In this document: piece after piece, positions 22,801 to 33,900 of the stretch
How positions within the stretch are numbered: position 1 is the stretch's first letter
Layout of the letters: each line of letters starts with the position of its first letter
Assembly (NCBI GenBank): GCA_965240325.2
Contig: OZ251225.1
Location: 2,108,001 to 2,172,000 of the forward strand
Reading direction: 5' to 3'
Source of the DNA: Rebecca billardiae RCC1528
Taxonomy: Eukaryota > Protista > Haptophyta
DNA length: 64,000 bases
The notes under the pieces: generated by a model
Seen by the model: only the letters and a program-made list of their open reading frames with translations
What the model was told of the DNA's origin: nothing
Databases searched by the model: none
Translations under genes and position numbers: made by a program

Positions 22801-23333
22801 GCGGCCACGATGCCCGCAGCGTGATGCTCGGACAGCCCGCCGCGGTGCCTGCGGCAGGCGGGGACGCTGTTGTTGCGGCCACGATCAACGCTGCGCTGCA
22901 GCCCCTCGCAGCGCAGCTCGCGCAGCTCGCGGCTGGCCTGCGAGACGTGGCAGCCGAGCAGCGCGCCCTGCATGCACGCTTCGACCGGCTCGAGCAGCAG
23001 CACCCGAGCACGCGCCGCTCCAGCGCCGACGGCGACGTCGACAATGATCACGATGATCATGCCGACGGCGCGTGGCGCACCCCGGGGCAGAGCCCGTCGC
23101 TTGCCGCCCGTGCTGGCAACGGGGCGATGGCGGCTGCGTCTGCGCCCTGGATGAGCGCGGCGCCCCCACCCGCGAGGACCGTGCTCACCCCGCCCCATTC
23201 CGCTGCGCCACCGCACGCGCAGTCAGCAGCGCCAGGCGCGGCGACGCTGGGACCGGCGGCAGCGCCGACGCGGCGGACTACAGCCTTATCGCCCCACGGC
23301 TCCCAAGGGCCTGCCTTCGATGAGATGATATGA
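19886..23333 (+). CDS. Polycystin-2/TRPP-like cation channel; exons approx. 19886-22079 and 22177-23333
   Basis: TM1, a large extracellular TOP-like loop (MWDWVQHAFVP, YGYGGY, GYVDDHAVAV), WFYDAFNLCEL, LKCFKYL, FAMVGHFSFG, pore region RFTIGDVDY, VLVNVFIAIL, and a C-terminal coiled coil. Intron GTGCGC...CGCAG (22080-22176) joins the two ORF frames. Start could be 19856. Confidence 0.85.
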
Positions 23334-23561
23334 TGATGATGCATCACGAACGGAGTGCCACCAAGCATCGTCACTAGTGACAGTGTCGCTGTAAGTGTAA
23401 GCCTGTAACTACTGAGTGCCGTGAGTACTGCGTATGAGTGTAACGCGCTTAGTACCGGCCCGTCGCGGGCGGCCGGCGACAGGCTCGATCACTATTCACT
23501 GCGCGGCACTGACTGCGGACCGCATTCGCGAATAACGACTAGTACTACTATATCGTCGATC

Positions 23562-23733
<172 letters not shown>

Positions 23734-24693
23734 ACTATACTAGCAGACGATGCTGAGACTGATTAGTTAGACACTCGCGTCGATCACTCTGACGACATGG
23801 CGCGCTGGCACGACAGGCATCATCAAAGCGTTAATTTATATTGAGACTGCCTGGATCAATTATTAGTACTCATAGCTAGTAGTACGTATAGTACCCGATG
23901 ATCCCGCGCATCAAGCTACTTTGACTTCGTCATAGCGCATTGACGATCCGCCGAGTTATCCTGAAGGCTGAATCGTATAATTCGTATCACCTAACTATCA
24001 TGTGTTCAAAGTGAATAGTCGTGTACGGTAGCTTTTAAACTTAACCACTAATTACTAAACCAGCCGCGGTAACGGAGAGAGCGCACCAGCACTTCAGCAG
24101 TCACTGATGATGCTGCTGATGATGACATGAGTCATAAACGCCAAACTACCGTTGCTAGCTAGACGGTCGTAGACTAGTAGCATATGACTGTGTCACCGAG
24201 GTTCCGGCCCCGGCAAGGACTGGGCGCGCGCAGCACGGTGCCTACCTGTGCTACCTCAGGCTCAGTAGTCAGTGACCTCAGTCCCGTCCCCCTCCCATCA
24301 CACGCGCGCGCACGCCGCCGACGGGTGCACTGAGGGGTCGGATGAGCCCTATTCTTGAACAAAGCGCATCGCGCGCGCATAGCGGTGCAGCAGCGGCACC
24401 GCAGAGTGCACACGTGCCGCACGGGCTCAATCTCACGACGTCTGACTCTGAATACGAGGTGACCGCGACCGCGTGCCCGCGCCCGGAGTCAGTGGAATGG
24501 CTACAGGTGAGTATCGGGTAGCTTGCTGACGGCCGAGTGTTAGGCAGTGGTTGCGAGTGTGCGAGCTCGTGGGTAAGCACGACCTGCTGCTCGGCCGCGG
24601 ACGGCATCATCACCGAGATTCAATCTCCGAGGTCCGAGGAGGCGCCGACCGTTCCAGTCCGAGTGGCCCACCTGCTCGATTTTAACTGCCAGC

Positions 24694-27249
24694 ATGGCAG
24701 CCACCCCCGCGCCCGCCCCCGCCTCGGCGGCGGTGCGCGTGCTGGTGCGGTGCCGGCCGCTATTGTCGCGCGAGGCGAGTGGCGCGTCCGCCTCGCTCCG
24801 CATCGACCGCTCGGCCTCGACGGTGAGCATGGGCTCGCTGCACGCGGGCTCGGAGAAGCAGTTCAAATTCGACGCGGTCGCGGACATGACGTGCACGCAG
24901 GACGACGTGTACGCGCTCGGGCACGTGGGCGAGCTCGTGGGCTCGACCCTGGGCGGCTACCACGCGACGATCTTCGCGTACGGCCAGACGGCGAGCGGCA
25001 AGACCTTCACGATGGAGGGCTTCGAGTACGGGCGCGACCGGCTCAACAAGCCGACCGCCAACTTCCGCACCGAGCGCGCGAGGCTCGGCGTGATCCCGCG
25101 CGCGATCGACGAGCTCTTCGCGCGGCTGCGCGCGACGGGCGAGCCGGGCGTGGCCTGGCGCGTGCGCTGCTCCTACTTCCAGCTGTACAAGGAGCACATC
25201 TACGACCTGCTCTCGGGCGAGGTGCCCGCGGACGGCGGCGCGCTCACGGGCGTGAACCGCAGGCGCGGCCTCAAACTGCGTTACACCAAGGCGCGCGACT
25301 TCTACGTGGAGAACCTCTCGGAGTACGAGATCCGCGCGCCGGAGGACGCGTTCGAGCTGTTTCAGCGCGGCGTCGGCGTGAAGGCCATGGCGGAGACCCA
25401 CCTCAACACCGCGTCCTCGCGCTCGCACTGCCTGCTGCAGCTGCACGTGGACACGATTGACGCGGACAGCGCCGAGGTCGCGCACACGGGCACGCTCAGC
25501 CTGGTCGATCTGGCGGGGTCGGAGCGGCAGCCGAAGGGCGTGGAGAAGTCGCACAACATCGCCGACTCCGTCGAGATCAACCGCTCGCTCTTCGCGCTGC
25601 GCAAGGTGATCGTCGCGCTCGCGGACGGCCCGAGGCGCAAGCCGCACGTGCCGTATCGCGATTCGGTGCTCACGCGCGTGCTCAAGCACTCGCTCGGCGG
25701 CGTGGCGCGCACGCTGATGGTGGCGTGCATCTCGCCGGCGGACAGCGCGGCGGAGGAGTCCCTCTCCACCCTCGCGTACGCCGCGCGCGCCCGCGCGATC
25801 ACCAACACCCTCGTCGTCAACGCCGACCCGAAGCTCGTCGAGATCCGCCGCCTCCGGGAAGAGGTCAGTGCGCTCCGGTCGGAGCTCGAGCGCCTTCGCC
25901 GGCTGCTCGAGCTGCCCGACGCCGAGGCGCGCGCGCTCGCGCTCGGGGCGACGGGCGACGGGGTCGGGCTGCTCGTCGGCTCGCCCGCCGCGCCCGCGCG
26001 CGCCCACGACGCCGCCGAGCCGGCGCTCGCACCGTCGGCGCCGCAGGCTCAGGCGCTCGTCCAGTCCTCAGCCGCGGCGCGCTCGGCCGGCGGGGGCGGT
26101 GCGCGCGCCGCCGCCAACGGCACCGCCGGTGGCGTGGACCCGGCGACGCACCGGCAGCTGGGCGAGCGGTTCGTCGAGAGCGTCGGCGCGCTGCGCGCCT
26201 CGATGGAGTCCAACGCCAAGCTGCGCGACGCCTTCGACGCCGTCGCGGCCAAGCGCGACGCGGCCGAGCGCGCGCATGCAGAGGTGCTCGGTGAGAATTC
26301 GGAGCTGCGCGAGCGCGTGCAGATGCTCGAGGCCGTGGTGATGATGGAGACGTACCCGGAGGCGCGGCCGGCGCGCGGGGCGGAGGCCACCGCCGCGCCG
26401 AGCCCCGCCGACGCGTCCGACCTCGCGCAGCAGCACCACCGCCAGCAGCTCGGCGCCGAGCTCAAGCGCGCGGTGCAGGCGGCCATCATGCTCCGGCTCG
26501 AGAATGACGAGCTTCGAGATCGGCTCGACGCGGCCGAGGCGGGCGGCGCGGCGGCGCACGGCGGGGGCGGCGCGCGCGGCGCTCGCGCGCCGGGCTCCGC
26601 CGCGCTCGGGCCGAGGCCGGGCACGGCGGCGGCGCGCTCGGGGGCGCAGCAGAGCGGGCCCAACCCCGCGCAGGGCGCGGGCGCCGAGCCCAGGCCCGCC
26701 GGCGGCCCCGCCGCGCCGAGCGTTGCGCGCGTCAGCAGCGCCGGCCGTCTCCTGTCCGAGCACGACCTGCTGCTGCGCTCGTCAGACCTGTTCGGCGGGC
26801 CAGCGGCTGAGCTCGACACGCTGCACCTCCGCGGGGCCCCCCTCGCGAACGTGGCCGTCGCGGAGGACACGCACGGCAACCTTGACCAGCTCGCCGCGCT
26901 GCTGCGGCGGCGCTCCGACCTGTCGCGGCACACGCAGCTGATCGCGTCGCTCTCGAAGCACAGGTCCGCCTCGCAGCTCGTCGGCGCAGACGGCGGGGCC
27001 GCCGCGCTGCCGCCACCGCCACCGCCACCGCCAGCCGCGCCCACGGCAAGGACGCAGGCCGGCATGGCGGCGGCGGGGCATCTGCCGCCGAGGCCCGGTG
27101 TCGCGCCTCACGACGCGCGCGGCGATTATCATTATGACGGCCGGCAGCACGGTCCTCCGCCCGCCAACGGGGCAGCGCGTGGCGTCGGAGGGCGCTCGCC
27201 CTACGTTCAGCCACACCGCTCGCGACGCCGGGGCGGTTGGATACAATGA
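24694..27249 (+). CDS. Kinesin motor protein (N-terminal motor, coiled coils, low-complexity tail)
   Basis: VRVLVRCRP, FKFDAV, P-loop YGQTASGKT, NTASSRSH, LVDLAGSER, HVPYRDSVLT, ESLSTLAYA. Confidence 0.95.
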   Translation: MAATPAPAPASAAVRVLVRCRPLLSREASGASASLRIDRSASTVSMGSLHAGSEKQFKFDAVADMTCTQDDVYALGHVGELVGSTLGGYHATIFAYGQTASGKTFTMEGFEYGRDRLNKPTANFRTERARLGVIPRAIDELFARLRATGEPGVAWRVRCSYFQLYKEHIYDLLSGEVPADGGALTGVNRRRGLKLRYTKARDFYVENLSEYEIRAPEDAFELFQRGVGVKAMAETHLNTASSRSHCLLQLHVDTIDADSAEVAHTGTLSLVDLAGSERQPKGVEKSHNIADSVEINRSLFALRKVIVALADGPRRKPHVPYRDSVLTRVLKHSLGGVARTLMVACISPADSAAEESLSTLAYAARARAITNTLVVNADPKLVEIRRLREEVSALRSELERLRRLLELPDAEARALALGATGDGVGLLVGSPAAPARAHDAAEPALAPSAPQAQALVQSSAAARSAGGGGARAAANGTAGGVDPATHRQLGERFVESVGALRASMESNAKLRDAFDAVAAKRDAAERAHAEVLGENSELRERVQMLEAVVMMETYPEARPARGAEATAAPSPADASDLAQQHHRQQLGAELKRAVQAAIMLRLENDELRDRLDAAEAGGAAAHGGGGARGARAPGSAALGPRPGTAAARSGAQQSGPNPAQGAGAEPRPAGGPAAPSVARVSSAGRLLSEHDLLLRSSDLFGGPAAELDTLHLRGAPLANVAVAEDTHGNLDQLAALLRRRSDLSRHTQLIASLSKHRSASQLVGADGGAAALPPPPPPPPAAPTARTQAGMAAAGHLPPRPGVAPHDARGDYHYDGRQHGPPPANGAARGVGGRSPYVQPHRSRRRGGWIQ

Positions 27250-27735
27250 GCGCACCGGCCAGTGTTGATGCTGCTCGGTGCGGGCGTGCGGCTCATCAGT
27301 GAGGCAGTGACTGTGAGGTGCCTTCGCTTATACAGCCTTAAGACTACTCCTGAGTCACTCACAGTAGTACTAGTCACACAGACCTGAGTCGTCTGTCCGA
27401 GACCGAGTCGGTCAATCAATCCGCCGGGCGGTCGCAGCTCGGGACGTGGTGGCCGATTTCAGATTTAGATTGGCCGGACCGGCGGCGCGCCTGCAGAGTG
27501 ACAAGAGTCGTTGTCGTCACGGGTGCGCGACTGTAGTAGTACACTGTTGCCTGAGCTGTAACTAGCAGTGTGCATTTCTTATTCTGCTTAGTACTGCTGC
27601 TGTAGTCGGCGGTACAGTTTACTAAGAATAATAAGAGACGCACATAGTACCGCCCGGGGCCGGCTATAACTACTCATACTGCTGTGAGTACTGGACGCGC
27701 GGGCTCATCAGATTGAGCGACAGCGGGGAAGCAGG

Positions 27736-29165
27736 ATGGGGCCCGTCACGGTCCACCCTGATGCGGGAGATGCGTCTCGTCAACCGCCAGCCGAAGGCGC
27801 AACCGGCCTGGGCAGGCGGCGTCGGGCGAGGGCGGCCAGCTGGTCGCGTGTGCGCATGCCCGCCCTGGTCACCATCGGCCTCGCCACAGTGGCTCTGCAA
27901 CGGTGGGGCGCGGCCGATGCTGCAACGGACCTGTCGCGTGCTCGGCCGAGCTCGAACTCGCGCAGTGCTGCAGCCAACGAGGCCGGCGGCTACCCTTGGC
28001 GCTACCGCGGGTTCCATGGGCTGAATGCCACCGACGTCGCCGCCGTCATGTGCATGGGCGACTCGTGGCAGACCGGGCTGAACGTGGGCTACGGTCTCGT
28101 ACGCAAGCCAGCATTCGGTGTTGGTACGACTGACTTCCGCGGTGGCTCGTGGGCGTGCGGAAACGGAGTCCTGGCACCAGGCATGAAGATGGAGACGCTG
28201 GGCACACTTCTGCGCCGCTTCAACCCGAAGATCGAGGGCCTCTCGCGCGGCATGAACTCTTTCTTTGATCTCCACCCGTGCTCCAAGCATCGGTGCGCAC
28301 TCACGCCGCGCAGCATCGCGCGCGCGCCCCATGGCACATGCGCAGCTGAGAGTGAGCATCGCCCCTTCCCGTGCCGCGCGACGCCTGCTGCGCCGTGCAC
28401 AGCAAGCAGTGCGGCCTCAACGCAGCCGTCGACGGCACTACACTGCTTCCGCCCGACGCCGACACGAAGGCGAATGCGGATGAGCGCAACACGACGCTGC
28501 GGGACGAAGTCATTGACCTGCATCGGTGGATCAAGACTGAGATGCCACATCTGCAGCGCCGATGGAAGGTCCTGACCTTCGTGCCGTCGTGGGGCGACCA
28601 GTGGTGGTCGCCACGTGACATCGTGGTCATTCGCAAGGCGCTGCTGGACTTGTTCCGCGTGATGAAAGAGCTGCTGCCGTACACGTACGTGAACGTGATC
28701 GGAGTGAGCGAGCACGTCTCGTCGCTCGACGAGATGGTCGACTCGCATCTCTGGTGCGCTGCTGCCATCAAGTTGTGGAAGGCCAACGCGTTCCTCAAAT
28801 CGGGCGTGAACTTCAACTCCGCCCGTGGAGCCGACGAGTACGCAGGCCAGATCAACCAGCAGTTGCGCCAGATCGTCCGCGACTTCGATGACGGGCGCAC
28901 ATTTGTCGTGCGCTTCCGCCCAATCATGATTGGCTTCCACTTCGAGCGCCGTGTGATGGATGCCCTGACGTGCTTCCACCCGAACAAGGAGCTCGCCGAG
29001 AGCCTTGCATTCGGGACGCTCCAGAACATGATTTCGCGCAGGCCCGGTGACCAGCTTGCTCGCTTGCCCTACTACGACGCGCAGCCGGACAAACACGAGA
29101 AGGCTCTGTTCAACGAGTTCCGGAAGCGCATCAGCGCCACGTCGCGCAGCGTGGTCTTCGCATGA
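27736..29165 (+). CDS. Phospholipase-B1-like SGNH/GDSL hydrolase; exons 27736-28292 and 28403-29165
   Basis: VMCMGDSWQTG, SWACG, TLGTLLRRFNPKIEGLSRG, LNAAVDG, WKVLTF, CFHP...LQNM. Intron GTGCGC...CACAG (28293-28402) restores the frame. Confidence 0.75.
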
Positions 29166-30992
29166 CCATATCATTGATCATGCAGCCTTGAAGCAGTATG
29201 TGATGGTAGTGGGCATGGCCTGCGCTGGGGTAGTCAGTAAATGTTCAATACTTGCTGCCAGGGTGCCCAACTTCACTGAACTTGGCGCTTCACAGTGCTA
29301 TACTCTTGTTAATGTTATTATAACCGTAGCTGCCTCTTATAAATAGCTACTCAATGGCGTAGTGGCAGTGACTCCGCTGCATCTTCCATGCAGTCACGTC
29401 CACGGCCGACGATACCTTAGAAGGATACTGACGGGATACTCGACGCCGAGCCCGAGTGTCGCCGACCGGCCCGACCGCGGACCGGGTCTGCTGTCCGAGT
29501 GTCCGAGGGGTCCGCTGCCGCGTCTCTGATTGGCTGGAATCCTGGGAGGGGCATAGGCCGCGGCCATTGCCAATCGGCCAGGCTGAATCTTCTGATGATT
29601 CACTTTCAGATATAGCTTCATCACCGTTTGCCATTCAGACATCCTCGATTCATCAGTGTAAGTGATGACTGTATAACTCGTCCAGCCCGGAAGGCGGAAG
29701 GTCAATAGCCGCCGCACGTGGTCGTGCGTTACGCCCCCGGCCCTGTGCAGGCCTGGCGCCAAGTCCGGAGCGAGCCAGGCCGCCGGCCGAGCACTGGCGT
29801 CGGCCTCGGCCCACAGTGGGCATCCTGCGAGGCGTCAGGCCACGCGCCACCAGCACGCGCCACGCGTCACGTGGCGCACTCCTTCCGCCTCCCGCTTCCG
29901 ATTCAGTCTTTAAATGCCCGGCGTCAAACCAGCTCACGGCGCCACCCCCCAAAGACAGTTGAGAAGATGAAGCCGGGGCTGCCGACCCGAGCCCAGTGAG
30001 CAAACACGCCTGCGGCTGCTACAGCAGCAACGTGCTGTAGCGCGGAGACAGCGGATCAAGTCCACACCGCACGCCCGCCGGCCACACGGCACGGCACCGG
30101 GCAGCACATGTTACACAATGATGGTGGCGCAGCTGCCAGGAGCAGACAGAAGGAAGCAACCGTGCCTCGAGCGGCGGCGCGCGCGCGTGGCAAGCGAGCC
30201 GGGCCATTACAGCCCGCCTCCGCAACCCTCAGTGGTAGCGTGCTGCACACGAGGTGCCCCAGTCAGACTACGCCTGACTACGGACCCACTCGCGCGGCGC
30301 ACGCCGTGGCGTAGCGCGGGCGTGGCGCGGCGCGCGCGTATTTTTTTGTGAAAAGGGCCCCCGAACGTACGGGCCGACGCGCCCACGCGCGGCGCGATCC
30401 GCGCGCGCCCCGCGAACCTGACGTTTGTTTACAACACGTTTGTTTACCCCATAATACGGCGACGCGGCCGCCATCGCTGCCACTGGAGCAACCACCCCAG
30501 GCTTTCCGGCTGTTGACGACGACGGCTTCCCACCCTTGGCTTCCCGGACCTCCGGACGAGCCTGAGGAGGCCTGGCCGTGGGGGGTCGAGCCACTCGAGG
30601 GGAGGAGCTATTTGCGTCCGTATAAGTTGATAACGGGAAGGACATATTGGTCCGAATGACGACTGTTATGTGCGTTCAAGATTTGTTTGTGATGAGCCCG
30701 AGATATATGCTGAGATTGTGCTATCAAAATGCTCCTGATTCCCGATGATGATGACCTCAACCGAAATGATCGCTCGTGCCAATATTAGACCTAGACGAAG
30801 TTGGTTAGAACATTTGAATCGGGCCACGAAGGGGTGCAGCAACAACCCAGCCACTTTGTAACTTGTGTCTTGTGGAGCGGACACGACGACGACGACGGCT
30901 CGCGCAGGGGGTCGTCAAGTCCTCTCGAGGCATCTGCTCGGCTCGGCGCCCGCCCGCCCCCTTGATCTCTGGTCGTCGAAGCGGTTCAGTTC

Positions 30993-33900
30993 ATGTCCCG
31001 CACCGGGCCGATGCGCGCGTCGGCGTCGGGCTCCCGCACGGCGTGGCGCCGCTGCTGCGCCGCGCTGCTCGCGCTGGGCGCCGCCGTGGCGCCGGCCCGC
31101 GCGCAGCAGTTCCCGAGCTGCACGCCCATCACGCACCCGAAGCTCGACTGGCTCGCCGCGACCATCCCGTTCGACAACAGCAAAAGCGGGGATCCGTGCC
31201 CGCAGCAGAACTGCATGGCGGAGAACAGCTTCATGATCTGGAACAACATCCTCTCGCACAACTGCGAGCTGCTCGCCCTCCGCCTCACCGCGCTCAACGA
31301 GTACATCCCGCACAACACGAAGAAGAACGGCAAGTTTCCGATCATCGACGGCAGCATCGACAACTCGCCGTTCGGCTCGCTCAACCAGCAGTACTGGGAC
31401 CGGAACGATCCGAGCAACGCGGATCGCGTGCGCACGAACTACGAGCTCCAGGTCGGCCGCATGGGCACGGACGCGAGCGGAGAATTCGACGGCACGTTCA
31501 CGCCCGTGTACGACGTGCCGACCATCTCGCTCACCATCTTCGACGTCGACAACCTCGAGGCGCGCACGGGCGACCCTGTGCAGACGACCGAGATTCTGTG
31601 CTTCCCGACGGACATCCTGCGCGGCGGGCCCAACGCGGAGGATCTGGGCCTCGTCAGCGACGACACGCTGATGCGCGTCGCCGTGCGGCCCGACGGCGTG
31701 CCGGACGAGGTGGCGTACCCCCAGATCACCGACTGCGAAGTGGGCGAGCTGTACGTCACGTCGGCCGAGCCGAAGGACGCGCCCAACCCGGTGGCGGGGC
31801 AGCACATCCTGACGTCCGTGCAGATGAAGACGGCCATCACCCTCGTCTGGCACAACGCCAGCGGCATCGAGCGGATCAACTTCTCGATGCACACGCCGTG
31901 TACCAAGGTAAGCAAGCACGCGCGCCGCCGCGCCGCCGGCGCGCGCCTGACCGACCGACGGCCGCGTCGAGACACTCACCGCACCCGTCCCCGTACCCGC
32001 GCCGCGCGCACGCTCGGCGAGCGCAGGCCAACTGCGGCGGGCTCGGAGGGTGAGCGCTCGCGCATGCCGAGGCCGCGCGCCACACAAACGACTCGCCCAA
32101 CTCACCTCGCCGCGCGCCGCTCGCCGCTCGCCGCTCGCGCAGGCGCAACATCTTCCTCGCGGGGCAGAGCACGCGCACGCAGTGCCCGATTGACACGATC
32201 TTCGACGAGACCGAGCTCGAGTCCTTCCTCGAGCCGCCCGTCAACGAGACCACCTACGACAAGCTGATCGCGGAGGGGAAGGAGGGATGCGCCGACGCGA
32301 TCTGGCAGAACGCGCTGGAGGAGTGGGCCGCGGCGGGGATCCTGACCAACGTGTCGTACAACGACTTCTTTCTCGTGACGGAGGCCGAGTCCGGGTGGGA
32401 CGACCGCGCGGTGGAGGGCGCGTGGCAGCTGCTCGAGGTGATGCAGCAGGCCGCGCTCAGCGAGAACGCCAACGGCAACGCCTGGTGGGAGCTCTCGAGC
32501 ACCGCGGTCGCGGCCGTGCTCAATGCGGCGCACCCGGGCGTCAACTACCCGCTGACCAAGTGCCAGGTGATCACGATGGTGGACAACGTGATGCGGATGC
32601 CGTCTGAGGAGTACCAGACGAGCGTGGAGCGCGTGACGGACGTGCTCGACGCGCTCAACAACAAGCTGCCTTGCCCGCTCGCCGACGAGCCGCCGAGCTC
32701 GCCGCCGCCGCCACCACCGAGCCCGCCACCGAGCTCGCCGCCGCCGCCGCCGCCGTCGCCGCCTCCCAGCTCGCCGCCGCCGCCACCGCCAAGTCCGCCA
32801 CCAAGCTCGCCGCCGCCGCCTCCGCCAAGCCCACCGCCCAGCTCGCCGCCGCCGCCGCCGCCGTCGCCGCCGCCCAGCTCGCCGCCGCCGCCACCGCCGA
32901 GCCCGCCACCGAGCTCGCCGCCGCCGCCGCCGCCGTCGCCGCCTCCCAGCTCGCCGCCGCCGCCACCGCCGAGCCCGCCACCGAGCTCGCCGCCGCCGCC
33001 GCCGCCGTCGCCGCCTCCCAGCTCGCCGCCGCCGCCACCGCCAAGTCCGCCACCGAGCTCGCCGCCGCCGCCGCCGCCGTCGCCGCCTCCCAGCTCGCCG
33101 CCGCCGCCACCGCCAAGTCCGCCACCGAGCTCGCCGCCGCCGCCTCCGCCAAGCCCACCGCCCAGCTCGCCGCCGCCGCCGCCGCCGAGCCCGCCACCGA
33201 GCTCGCCGCCGCCGCCGCCGCCGAGCCCGCCACCGAGCTCGCCGCCGCCGCCGCCGCCGTCGCCGCCTCCCAGCTCGCCGCCACCGCCGCCGCCGAGCCC
33301 GCCACCGAGCTCGCCGCCGCCGCCGCCGCCGAGCCCACCGCCTAGCTCGCCGCCGCCGCCACCACCGAGCCCGCCACCGAGCTCGCCGCCACCGCCGCCT
33401 CCGTCGCCGCCACCGAGCTCGCCGCCGCCGCCACCGCCAAGTCCGCCACCAAGCTCGCCGCCGCCGCCTCCGCCAAGCCCACCGCCCAGCTCGCCGCCGC
33501 CGCCGCCGCCGTCGCCGCCGCCCAGCTCGCCGCCGCCGCCGCCGCCGAGCCCGCCACCGAGCTCGCCGCCGCCGCCGCCACCGAGCCCGCCACCGAGCTC
33601 GCCGCCGCCGCCGCCGCCGAGCCCGCCACCGAGCTCGCCGCCGCCGCCGCCTCCGTCGCCGCCACCGAGCTCGCCGCCGCCGCCACCGCCAAGTCCGCCA
33701 CCAAGCTCGCCGCCGCCGCCTCCGCCAAGCCCACCGCCCAGCTCGCCGCCGCCGCCGCCGCCGTCGCCGCCGCCCAGCTCGCCGCCGCCGCCGCCGCCGA
33801 GCCCGCCACCGAGCTCGCCGCCGCCGCCGCCTCCGTCGCCGCCACCGAGCTCGCCGCCGCCGCCACCGCCAAGTCCGCCACCAAGCTCGCCGCCGCCGCC

